A DNA stretch of 64,000 nt, taken from positions 198,772 through 262,771 of the forward strand of contig NMRA01000216.1 of assembly GCA_002633005.1 (NCBI GenBank), in the 5' to 3' direction. The position numbers and the translations under genes are program-made. The notes beneath the pieces are model-generated. The model did no database searches. It was not told where the DNA came from and was given only the letters and a program-made list of their open reading frames with translations. Shown piece by piece: positions 48,491 to 61,700 of the stretch (its first letter is position 1; every line of letters starts with the position of its first letter). The DNA is from Phoronis australis (Eukaryota > Animalia > Phoronida).

Positions 48491-51445
48491 GACACTCAGT
48501 GATTCCGAAAATTTTCTTTATGTTGGCATGTACTGTTGGGTAGCTAGGCCTATGCACAGTGACTGTAAGTAAACTTCCATGAACGTATGTGGACAACCTC
48601 TATGCCAAAGCAGCAAAATATGTGTCTACCCAGGCTTGTTTTCGCGTCTGTGTCATAGACACCCTAAGTCGGTGAATGCCGCCGCGGGGCATTATTCGAG
48701 TCGGTCACTTATTGATATTTTAATTATTGTCCTCTTGTCAGTTTAGCACTTATGTTGGTGTTCAGAAAGTCTGAAAATGGAAAGATTGAATATCGGGTCT
48801 TAAAATTTCTTGACCAGTCGTCTTATTCCATTTTACTATTTGCTATGACAATCGTTTTCGTCACTGAGTGCTATGGTTTGCCCTTTTTGCTCTGGTTAGT
48901 AGACCAAATGGTTGACCGTCTTGAGAACAAACTGGCCGCAGGCAGCTCTGTACCAATGCAGTACAGCCTTGTCAGACGGGCCACTTGGGCGATACCCGCA
49001 GCCTGGAGTCACGTGACGTAGTAACAGAGGAATCACTGCATGCCAAATTTTCAGCACCAATTAAGGTGAAGGTCAGTGGCTACGAGTTATATCTGTCCTG
49101 AAACCTCAAAATCGAGGCCCGGAACACGAAAAACAGACTAAATTACATTATTCAGTGTGGTTCTCTGCCACTGAAACAAGAATCGAAGTGTTCACCAGGT
49201 ATAGTTTTACTTTGATCCTAAAGATTTTGAATTTCTGCTGATGTCAAAGTATTTTTCCTTTGGTTCAACTGTCCAAAAAACGACCTGCGTGTACCGGTTG
49301 CACGTCACTTCGTCGATTTTTGTGCCACAAGGGAACGTATGTCTCATTCTTTAGTACGGCAAGATATAGACGTAGCACATTTCCCTTATATGGAAAAGGT
49401 ACGGTGACCGTTCGGATGCATAAAAAACAATGACGATTTCAAAGTACGTTGTGTGAGTTACAGTTGTACACGTTACAAATAGCTGCACTTCAAAAACAAT
49501 CGTTTAATTTATCCCCACCCACTAGAGGATCCCCAGACTCCAATATAGCTAAAGGGCCCCTCGTATACACAAACCCCTTTGATGTCGAGCCTAAGTTAGA
49601 ATATTTTATTTATCTACGTGAACACTACATTGGGGCTGCCAGCTGGGCAGACGATGAAACGTTTTTTAGCTAAGGTCACTTAACAGGAAATTTCCTCTTT
49701 TTTGCCAGTTACACTCTGTTGTTTCGTTGGCGTTCTTGGTTGCCATTTAGTACGCACCTGAGAATATTTGCGTGCATGGTAGCTTCTCCCCCAGTAATAC
49801 CATTGCCCTGTCCGCAAGTCCCTCTAACCTGTACATCCCCACACATATCTGATTAGTTAATTATATTGCATGTTTATCTATCTGAAAAGTGTCAATTTCG
49901 GTACTCAAAGGTGGGAGCTTCCGGTGCCTCAGCAGGTGCACCCATCGATAACAAAGATCTTACCAAACTGGAACACATTAGCTTACCGTTCCCTGTTAAC
50001 TTGCTGACTGGTAATTTTGTTTTCTAGAATAGTGTACTAAGCGACTTCCTTCGGAGATTTTTTGCGGAAACAGTTATTTGGAAATCACATTCGTGGATCA
50101 TGGGCGTCGCACCACAGGGGGCTGCGGGGCTACAGCCCCACCACTTTTTAGTGCTGCGCCGCCCACGTGGATATGGCTAGAGATGTGTAGACTCAGCTAT
50201 ATAGTATTTTTACATTATAAATATTGATGGAAATTTAAAGGGATTGGATGAGAAAATAACATGTTATTGTTGTAAAGCTTTTGTGTATATTCTTTTGTGA
50301 ATAAAAAATATTTAAGCAATTTCAAACAAAAGTTTATGGACAGGAAAAAAGGGAGACAGTATATTGTTATAACTTCGACCTCTGTATAACATTTCAGTAA
50401 ATACATTTTCTGGTTTTACAGAACACCAGTGAATCAACACGTTTAACCAATGAATTGGGATCAATAAATAATTAATACGTGTTCTATGAATTCCGCAAAC
50501 AACTTTCCTCTAAGTTGTGGCCACCAAATTATAATATACATGTATAATACGAGCATCTATCGTCATGCTTTTTTCTAATACTTTCCTATTTAAGAATTTC
50601 GTTTTGACTATCTAAAAGTCATCAGATAAGAATGACTCTGTGTTGCATGAATCTTGATAAAATAATGATTTACCGTTGCCGCTTATGTTAAATTGTTCCA
50701 TATCATCTGCTTAGCCTTGGGAGTTTGATTAAGAATGTCCCGCACGGTGTAAAGCACCTCGCCTAACATAGTCTTTGTGTAGCAAGGTCTGTAAACACTA
50801 TTCTCATGTCATACAAAGCTGTCAGGACATCGTAATAAAAGGGTATACAATTTCGTATTTTGAGGTTTTCAGCTGAAAATTCAGAGAGAAAATAAGATTT
50901 CCACCAAAATAGGTAAAACGAAGTCTCGGGGTGACTCTGATTTGTGTGCGTGTCTCCTTTGTCGTAATCGACAACACTTCTGCATGCTGCTTTTTACAAC
51001 GAATGGGTTTTCAGTGTACTGATCGGCGCGGATGTGGCATAAAAGGGACAGTTCAGTTTCAAGATTGCACATGTAGACGAGTATAACCAAAGACAAGAAG
51101 TTTCTTCTTTGCCGTTCGAATTAAGCCACGTCCAATGTCTACTTGGATTTGGAAAATTTTCTGTTGAAGACAGTGGTGCCACTTCGAGTTATGTAACATA
51201 TTCTGAGCCTTTGTGCTACTATTTAGTGGTTCGATTACGCAAGGGTATTGTTCCCCATTAAAGTGAAGATAGAAACCCGAGACCTTTCCCAGTCTGCATC
51301 GCAATGCATGAGGGACTGAGCTGTATAACTGACATCAACTGAAGCCAATCCTACCTGGTTTATTGTGAAAAACCGAGTTTCGTCTCATGAGAATACTAAG
51401 CACTGGTTTAGAATGATGTCATAGTGAAATTTAATGTCGCTCTCC

Positions 51446-52374
51446 AGTGGCGGATCTAAGATATCACAAGGGGGGGCTGACATTTTGTCCGGCTGTAAGC
51501 ATTTGCGCAAACTGAACCACGATTGTAGATGCGCATAGCACCGAATGGGGGGAGGTTGGAAGGGGGGTTTGCCCCCCCCGCCCAGGAAATTTCTCTGTTT
51601 TTACCTCTAAATATCAAGCATTTTCCTTGATTCCTGAAGTATTATCCAAGAAAAAAAGGGGAAAAAAACACAGAAAACGTGTCAAACAGGAAAAACTGCA
51701 AGTACCAAAGACTCGAAGTCATGACCTGGCGGATAGAGCGCGCGTGCGTTACCACTAAACCACCACGATTTAACTACTAATCTCATACTATGAGACCTAC
51801 TCGTTTATGGTGCACAGAGTTTGCGCGCGAAATCTACTTCTTTTTGTAATGCTTATTACACGATTTATATTTTGTGCCATCAATTCTTAACAAATTTGTC
51901 GTATTTAAAATAGTCTTCAAATGCCCAAAAGACCAAATCCGTTTTTCGTGTTGCTGTTGGCAATTATGACGGCAATGCTTTGGAAATCGTCTTAAGATAA
52001 GGTTTGACAAAGACAGTATTGCGAGTTTCTGAGTGATTCACTAAGGCTTCGATTAAAATTCACATCTTACCGGCAGCTTCTGTTTTTTCATGGTCACTCA
52101 GGTTCCATTTTCTTTAAAAAATGAAGTAAATTTTCTTCATTGCACAGTGGAGCAGACGACGGAAACGGAGTCGTAGTGCGCAGCGCCACTGCCGGTCGCC
52201 TGGGATATGGCGGGAGAGCCTATATACTTAGCCATAGTTCCGTTNCCGTATAATTTTAATTACCGGGTTTTTTAATAAACTCAACATTTCCCTACGCTCT
52301 TACTGTTTTATTTTTTGCGGCAGCCAAGGGGGTGGGGGGCCGGGCCCCCTGGACCCCCCCTAAATCCGCCTATG
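51446..52374. mobile_element. hAT-like non-autonomous element with GGCGGATC/GATCCGCC-type ends
   Basis: cagtggcggatctaag..ggggggg at left and ccccccctaaatccgcctatg at right; contains a tRNA-like relic (~51705-51767) and one N at 52245. Confidence 0.55.
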
Positions 52375-52993
52375 CTCTCTATAATACAATGCTACAATAA
52401 CAAAAATTCGACGCAAAAATCAACATTTTTCAAATTAAATTACCTGTTCAGTTTCATATAAAAAACATTCATAGCCAAAGTCGTAAAACAACGTTAAATT
52501 TACGGCTTTTTGGCTAAGTTTGTTGAACCAAATGCTCATTGGTCGAATTTTTTATGGTAAAATTACGTTAACTATATTTTGTGTTAGGTCATACAATGTT
52601 TACGTCACAGTGGACAAACGACTGCGCAAAGCTATATCGAAGTCACAGAGCAAAGAGTTTTCAAGTTCCTTATATCTGATAAAGGTTAGTATTTTCGCTG
52701 TCTTTAAATATTATTTTTATTTTTATTTTTATAACTTTCCTCCTCTTCTGTTGTAAGGATCCTTGATTGGCCAATACATTGACATTGTCAAAATAGTGAT
52801 GCCTTTCGTCAACGTTGAAACTCTCGAGACTTAACTGAATGCATTGAAATATCGAAAATTGATTTCTTAGTTAAAGAACTTATAGTTTTGCTACCTCATA
52901 TTCGTTTGAAAAAATTGCACAAGTTGTTTTAATCATTAATCAAATGTATTTACAGCCATCTACGGTATCTGTATTGACAATTTCGACGACAAG

Positions 52994-53508
52994 ATGAATA
53001 CGTTCATTCTTCTTATCTGTATTATCTTGGGAGGAAGTTTCCTGTTAGCCGACGCGCGCCCGTTGCCGTCAGCTACATCTATTGAACCATCCGATGGGCT
53101 GCAGCCTTCCAAAGCTACCAAGAAAATACACGAAGGTAGACCTACAGTACATGCAGATAATGTCATGCGTGATTGTGATAATAACAATTAAGTGAAACGA
53201 AGGAGTTCCTTTATTTCAAGATTTTGCAGTGCTGTGACCATTTCCCACTCTAAGTCTATTATTTTTTAGAAGTATGTATTCAGTCTAAAGTGATTCGACT
53301 CCCACGTCTGTGAATTATACATGCGTCTTCGTCTTTTTCAGAAGCCAAGTTCTTCATTCTGGTTACCACAGTCAGCGGTTCAGCAGCATGCTTTCTTTGG
53401 CTCATAATCGCCTTTTTCCTTGCCGAATGGTACTCTCAACGCGGCCCTAACACCAACAGGGGCATGCTGTATTGTGGCAACGGAAGAACCTGGTACCACA
53501 TGGTTTAA
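52994..53508 (+). CDS. Uncharacterised 102-aa type I single-pass membrane protein; exons 52994-53135 and 53342-53508
   Basis: Signal peptide MNTFILLICIILGGSFLLADA, S/P/T-rich stalk, phase-1 GT-AG intron, TM FFILVTTVSGSAACFLWLIIAFFLA, tail EWYSQRGPNTNRGMLYCGNGRTWYHMV*. Upstream donor (aag/gttagt, 52684) and acceptor (tacag, 52955); AATAAA at ~54251. Confidence 0.68.
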
Positions 53509-56500
53509 GGTGCCGCTATATTGCGGGAGACAATGGACTATTTATAAATATACGAGAATACGTATATAAATACATTACTTTTTATACGAAAATTTAGTTT
53601 AAAAAAATTTTGTTCAACGTTTTATGGAATTGTGTTACGTAACATTTGAGTTGTACAAAGCGAATTTTAATTTTCCCGGCAGTTGTCGTGGCATCATGCG
53701 AGCAATAGACTTTTTTCATTCTCTGATATTCACATCTAACTCTACATTCTAAAAATTTCCGTGGATTTACATAACACAGCTTCACATTTCATTCCAATTT
53801 TCCAAGAAGTTTGTTTGTGGCTCCAGCTGAACACAAACCTTGCCTGATTACCCATATACCTTCTCTTGTATAGTGGACACAATCCTATATGTCGTCGACT
53901 ATGCTTGCCATAAGGTCTTGATCAGGCGGGATGTCTACAACTAGCGCCATCTCCACTGTCTGCTTATTTGGAGAAATGCAAAACTTTTCCTGCACATTTC
54001 GCTTATTTTCTCAAAACAGTTACTCATGTATGAGCCCAAACAACTGGCCGTTGTTCTATTACGTTATCTGGCTTAAATTCATTTATTTCTTCTGTCCAAG
54101 TTCTTTGCTTTTTATTTTTTGTGTATCAAAGATTCGCTGTTTTTTTGGTTTTTGTGAATAATATTGTTTTTGCGTTTTGGTTAATGTGTGTTCCAATCAA
54201 TTTTGCAGTTAAAGACAAGCTTTGTACTGATTTCAAGTGTTCGTTCAGTAAATAAACCTTTATTTGGAGGCCGTTCGTTTTTATAATTCATTCACTTGTA
54301 TGTCCGTTCATTCAAAGATCGCGCATGGCATAGACGTTGTTCAATAGTGTTTCGAATGAACCACCAACGTCGAAAAAGACCAACAGTCTAAAGCAAATAA
54401 ATTACACATGCACAATATTAAACCACAGCGTGAACGATTGGGAGCTATGGTTTGAAAAATACTTGAGAGCGTGCGCCATTGGCGCCTAAACAGTCATTGA
54501 CACACTGCGACATTTTCACGAAAGACGTTGCTCTAGTCGGCTGTCACGCTTGTTTCGGCTTTCTTAGTAAATGACACTGCGATGGATAGTTTAACGCTGC
54601 TGGGCCCAAAAACACAAACAAGTTTCCCAAGGGGCCACGCCAACAATCGCTACCGCGCGGTTACGAAATCCTAAATGCACATAGTAAATAGGACTGAAGT
54701 CCAGAGGCGCACTGAGGAATAGCTTGAACTAGTAAACTGCTGCAACAACAAATTCATTCCTATTTGTTCCAAATGATATTTTGCTGGAACTGTCATAGCA
54801 TATGGAACCACAAGGGCAGTGGAGGAAAATTAACTATTGCACCCAACGCAATACGTGCTATCCGTATTCTATGAGCCCAAGGATAGATTACTGAACCCAT
54901 TCGCATCAACTAAATTTCGTTCTGTTGATGTCAGATCGATTCAAACACAGTGGTTGCAAGTTAGTATGTTTTAAACTACATTCAGTGTCCAGTGACACGA
55001 CTAGGCTTAGGTTTAGTGGTAAACTGGCGTGTCATTCCAAATGTCAGTGACTTTAACAACTGGAAACATTTTTAACTGAATCACGACGGTTTCATTTTCG
55101 TGAAACCTCAAACATGGTTCCATGACGAGATGTTCCATTGTTCTCATTCTGTCGCTGTCGAATATAGTAGTCGACGCTAGCTGTACTTCCAAGGCTCAGG
55201 CTTGTAGCAAAGATACTGCTTGTAGTTTCCTTCTTAACGTTGCTTTTTACATTGCCACGAATTCCACTTAATTGGCCAGCTGTGGTGTGGCATTTACTCC
55301 GACGCTTCTTGAGTGCCTGCCCGCTTCATTCATAGTTACTAGTCCTATAGTGAAGGGACTGAATCTTTTGCCATGTCCAGTGAATCAAAATATTACTAAT
55401 GGCGTCACGATAAACTTTAATGTCATTAGTTGATTAGAATTAAAGCTTGTGCAAGTTATTCCAGGTACCAGCTCCGTGTGTCTCTTGAAATGTACATTGT
55501 GTGGTAGGTTGACGGTTTTGTGTTGCATTTCAGAAGATTAAGAGTTTGAATGAACTGTAATTGGAAAAACTGAAACCATGGCGAAGTTCCAAGCTCCAAG
55601 TTTCAAGAGAAAGAAAAAAGCATGGAGTCACATTAAAAGCATGGTTCCCAAAGTTAAAGCCATTGTAACTTGGAATGAAACAGCAATGCTGTCCCCTTAT
55701 GTGTCCCACAGATTTGATTATAAGCTAAAGTAACATCGCAATCTAGTAAAGAAAAGAAAACATTTGCGAAACGTTATAATTTAGATGAATTTATTTTACT
55801 CTTGATTTATTTATTCTGGTGTATATTCCCAGGATTAAATTCCAAGCCCGAGTGTGCCACACGCTTTAACACACAGCTAGCTTTTTGTCTTGTTCCACCT
55901 CTGCAAATCGTTCATCTACAGTCTAAGCGTCCGAAGTTCATAAAAAATCGTCTTTCTGTTTTCGGTAGCAAAGAATGTTTGTTGGTACTAAAAAGGGGAC
56001 GATTGTAGTGTTGATGTTTTCCCGTGCGTTGGTAGGCTTGAAGTAATAGCTTACTATCCAATGGATCAACTTTTCAGCAAAATACCAAAATATAGCAAAG
56101 ATTTATTATTCACCTAATGTCCTACCTTACTAGCCAAAATGAGTAGCAGGGGGGTTTATTTGCGAATTTAGCAACGGTGGTTTTATTGGACCAATGGCGC
56201 CGTGTCGTTGAGCTGGTGAAGTTTACATTTTTAGTCAAGTCATCTGATGGAGGGTTTTTAAAAACCCCGAACCTCCTTAGTTTCGCAGCTGGGTGTGTAC
56301 ATAACGATAAATATATGGAGTCGTGAGCGACACCGTCTAAAGTGGGTGAGGGATTGTGTTTTGATTAAAATCCCGGGGCTCCAAAATTTCGAAAGCGCAT
56401 CTGATTCCAATATTTGGTTTTCTTTTGCACGCACATCGTTGTGATCTTCATTCTCTTTTCCCATCTTCGTCGGGAACCAGAAGCACTGACACTCAGGCCA

Positions 56501-58778
56501 ACGATCAGATTTCGTGATATATAATGAATCGCGGTTCCTGTACACAACCAAGTACAACGAGGTGCCGAGCTCCCAAGTCCAACCTGGGTAACGCGGACGT
56601 AGCCTGTCTGGTTTGCAAACTGCCTCTCGTGACATTTCTGGACGTTTTTAATAGCCATTTTCGTGTACCGAGCGAGACAGATTTGTTCATTATAGTCCTA
56701 GAAACCACATTGTCCATAGTTCTTTGATTTTTTAAACAAAAAATATAATAAAACATCCTTGCATTGGTTTTCGAAATAAAAGTTAACCAACACCATCTAA
56801 GCTATTTTTCGCCTGACGATCCCACACACACATGAAAATATTCCTATCGCTAACGTTAAACCAGAAAGGTCAAAAGTTTCCCGCCAATTTTGTGAGAAAT
56901 AGGGGACGTGGAGTTCGAAGAATTTTCTGAATGGGGTGGAGTCTGAAGACTATTTCGGACCCAGAATTAGGTTGCCTCACTACAGTTATATATTCTGTGC
57001 CAAGAGTCTACAAACTTATACCTTTCAACCGAGTTACAAAGAATGTAAACTTGATTTCAGACATTGCGCTAATGTGCAATTAACTCGCTCACGTGGCCAT
57101 GTCGTTTTAATTAGTAAAATTCGGCAGAAATGGAAGGTACGTTCACAACAAACGAACGTTGCCAATAACATGACCAAATTTTGTTTGAGAACATAAATGT
57201 TCAAGATCAAATCTCTATGCTACAGCTTTTAAAATATCATTTCGTTTTCGTGTTATGCAGCTTTTGAGATTTTTTTATAAACATCGTAGAAGGCCTGTTT
57301 TCTATACTCTTATGCAAATGTGGAACATTTTACAAATAATCCCTAACAATGTTTTGGTGAACAGTGCATAGTGTAATGTGAATCCAATCAGCTATTTCAA
57401 AACTATGTTCAGAGGTTAGCCAAAATTTGATATTTCCCAGGGTTCTACATAACATTAACTATGCAATATTACAGAAGGTCAGCAGTAACCCGGTAAAGAA
57501 ATAAATTATGACATTTTAGTGATGTGTTGATTAATTTGTCATTCGCGCTTGTGAGTCGTCGTAAGAAGCACTCGGGGCCACTGCAACTACGTACGAAAAA
57601 AGTACTTATCAGAAAACTAGGCAGAATCAAAGAGCTTATATCAGGAGATTGATTTTTGTTTGTTTATTCAGCGAAATATTGTTTAAATATATGGCACATC
57701 AACTACATATTCGATCTTCAATTCTTAGTCATAAGGACAATTAACCAGGTTTTGGCCGGAAGCAACTTCTCCATCGAGTGCTCTAAAACCTCTGTAACCC
57801 TCGTCAACGTTTGGAGCAAATTTTGAAAACTCCTAAAAAGCTTGCTAAATGGCAAGCGTGACCTACGCTTCAAGCGAGTAACACGACAGCTTTGGGACAA
57901 GGCCAAGAACCATATGATATCCGTTCTGCGAGATAGCGAGTAAGGGTTTCTTATTGAACTTTGTTTTTATCGTCACTCAATGAGACGCCAATTTAGCATT
58001 AGCAAGGGACAGAACGAGGAAGGGTTGCAATCAGCCAAACAAGGTTTAATATCCTTTTAAATAAACACATAACAAAATCACCATACCCAAGTATCGGTGC
58101 TTACACCGAAAATGTCTAGGTATGTCCTGTCATTCTTTGTCATACCATAGATTAAAAGCTCAAGCCCTATTTCAACATTTACTACGGCAACGTGACACAT
58201 TGCACTCGAGCCATGGATAAAAACGGCAATATTTAGATAAAAAATTTGATATTGTAGAATAAATAAAACAACACAAAGACATGGGTTTTATAAATATGAA
58301 TAAATGAGAATAAATGTGTCAACACAATTAAACTATATTTATGTCCTAGACTCAAAACCCCAAAATCAAGTCCCTTTACTATTGACGTTTGCCCTATCAC
58401 GGTCCACTTAAGAAGCCTTGTCAGAGAGAATCGTCTGTAAGTAAGAAGGTGAATTCGGAAGTGGCAGGTAAACTCCCACAACAAGCGTTTTAGTTCAAAT
58501 CGTCAACCGTGATGAAGCAGACGACCGCTTTGATCAACATATTTACATAAATATATTAAAAAAAAAACGTTTTGCAGGATGACTGCTAGTCCAAAATCAC
58601 TAAGAAACATAACACCCGAAAACACGCTTTTGACGAGAAAGTCAGTCTTCCTGACCAACATATGCCAGTAAGCGATCATTGACATTTTATCTCAATTTCT
58701 GACTATCAATTTTAAGCACTGATTACGCGATCAACTAAGCAAAACCGTGTCATACGCAGCTGCCAGCAAATGATGCCT

Positions 58779-61700
58779 TTACCGTTGCAATGAGTTTCCT
58801 GGACACTTGTCGCCACTAGCGTCCATTTTAATGGTACTGACTGTCAAAATAGACGCAGTTGAATATGACAACCGCAAAGTATTTCGGTTTCTAAATTTTG
58901 ACCATTTTTCTTTGCACAAGTCAACGTACAAGTTCTTTGTTCGCCTATTAAAAGTGAAAGCGAAAAAGATGAAAAGTCCTTGCGAAGAATTAAAAATAAT
59001 GAACAAAATCGATAAAATGTGCAACACATAACAGACGCCCTCAGTTTGCTCTTTGAACATTGCGCTGAGCAGAGATGATGCAAGTCCAATGACCCACGTG
59101 AAACCCATGAAAGAAGACATGCGCACATAAAGCATCACCTCGCTCTCGTTTGTAGCGATGCTCGATGACGTTGACGTTCGACGCGTGCGGTTTCTGGCCA
59201 TTTTCGCCGTCCGTCTAATACTTATGATGGTCTGCACGAAAAGCGTGATGTTTACCAATAGCACGATCAATACAGGACACCCAAAAACAATAAGTGTGGC
59301 CAAAGGTTCATTTATCCAACAATATAAGCTCTGCTGATGTAACATCTCACGTAACAGTTTGACTTTTTCGAACGTAGCGCACTCTGTAAGGTTTCCATTG
59401 CAGTGGTCTTCAAGTGTTTCCTTCTGGTTAGTCAAAGATCGATACTGAGTTTCGTTGTACTGGAACCCGTTTCCGTATCCTATCTTTAAGTTTAAATGTT
59501 CTGTAATGCTGGTAAAGTCGACCAGAGTGCATGTTATCACTATCAAAGCTGGACAGCCCCATGCATAGGCCATATATCGTGCAGCATACTTTCGCCGCTC
59601 ACTGATATTAATGACAATCTTTTTGGCTGCAAAAGTACGGAAGATGTCAAAGGCCATTACATTAGTCCAGAAGAAGGAAGCCAACAGCAAATAGTGTAAG
59701 GTCACGGCGGCGGCGGCGCAAGTTGCAAAAGATGAACTTGCACCAGAACCTGTGAGAAACATCAACTGGGACACCATCACGGAAACAGTAAGATTCATGG
59801 TGCTGATGCCGGGCAGGTTGCGCAGCTGGCGGAAGACAATATAGGTCACCATGGTGCACAAAAGAGCAGCTACAGACAGGCTGCCCAGTATGGTACTGGC
59901 CCATGTTTCAACAGAAGCAAAGTCCATAAAATGAGGAGCACATGACGCCAACAGAAGCGTATTGTTTTTCGTTTCCGTAAAGTTCAAGTAGTCGTTCGGA
60001 ATGCAAATCTCGACAGTCTTGTTTACATTTAATTCGTACTCGTCTAACGAATATAGTTTGTTATAATATAGAAAGGACCGATTTCGAAACATAAGGTAAT
60101 CGGTGGCCTCTAGCTGAATGCGACCGCACGATTTGTCTGCTATCCTCGGTATTTTTTCGCATACTGTAACGTAACCGGAAATGTTCAAACTGACGTTGGT
60201 CCAAGTTTCTCGACCATGAAGCAGAAGTGTCAGATCGTACTGACGCGGAGTGTATATTGTATCGATATCTTTAACGTAAATTTTAGTGATAGTGTTGTTG
60301 GTTATCGGGTCGTGTTCTAAAATTACGTCAAAGTCCGGATTGACGTAATCTCTCTTGATTCCATATCGGCACCAAAGACTTGAATTCTGGTACACGACAT
60401 CTTTGACATTAAGATTGAGAATCGTATCGTTGATTTCTATATAAAGTATGCTGTGTTCGAGACGAGATGCTATCTTATCAGCGATATCTAATTCATCGGA
60501 ACTGTGCGGCTCATCAGCGTCCAGAGGACGTGCGGGATTCACTAACTCTGGCATTAAGACGAACGAAATCTTGACGCAAACGGTGAAATTCTGCTTTTCG
60601 TCAAAAAACGGAGTTCTCGAAAAATTGACAAATCTTGCCTCGTTGATGTCAAGCATGCTGGAAAAGTAAGCAATAAAGAATTCGGGAAACACTTCAGACA
60701 TTACGACATTATAGTCACCGTCAGAAAGACCACACAGACTTGCGCTTAGAGGACTCGGTTTGTATTCGTACTCTTTATACGTTGGATATTTCTCTTCTAC
60801 ACATTTGCCATCGATCAAATTGTAACTTTTGGGGCACACCACTTTACGACAGTGTCGTTTGTTGGGGTCGTATATTTCATCCTTGCTACAAAGTTTTACT
60901 GTATCGGTGACTATTTCGTGTGCGCTGTTGAACAGCAGGTGTTTCTTTCCATCGAAACCGAAATTCATAATGACAGAGAAGGATACGGGTGACATGCCGT
61001 TCTTTTCCAAATATTTAAACACTTCCGCCAGGCTCATACCTACGCTAGGGTTAGAGCGCTTCGACACGCTTCTGACGCGTCTAACAGGCTGACAAGTGTC
61101 TTTCAGTTCATCAGGATAAGGTGGTACAATTTCATACAGTTTGCAGCTTTCGTGCACGTACATGATAAACTGGTCGGACTGAATATCTGTAACCGGCACA
61201 GATGACTTGAACAACGGGAAACTCGGGTCATGATCGCATGTTGATATCTTGCTCCACGGACGGACGCCATCAGCCGCGTTGCATATTGCGCAGAAGGCGT
61301 TTCTGTAAATGACACCTGATGATGAGTCAACAGGGATGTTGCTGAAGATGTTGGAGGTGTCTTCTTCGCACAGGTGGCGCAATTGTGGCGGAAGTAGCAC
61401 CTTTGTTGGACATGCGGAATACACCCATGCTGCTCTCTTCGCATTTCCAAAATGCACGCACCTGCAAGAAAAATGTTTTTCTTCATTTACGTGGTGTCTA
61501 TTCAGAGCCGTCGGACTGTTAACTGTGGCTCCCTAACGGTTGAGAGAGTGGTATTGACGATGGCTCACTGAAGAGAACAGCATAATTAATCGGCACGACC
61601 CTACTCTTAACAGAATTCTTTATTTTTACCTGACTGTGTATCACTACTGCAAGGAATTGGTTAGTCACGGTCCGTTTTATTGACAATTTTAAACAAAACG

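Noticed and set aside
56258-56756. Cluster of overlapping 67-125 aa ORFs
   Set aside because: No recognisable motif or splice structure; probably the interior of a degraded repeat.
58807-61536. Antisense and alternate-frame ORFs overlapping the GPCR
   Set aside because: They are shadows of a long coding exon with no independent signals.
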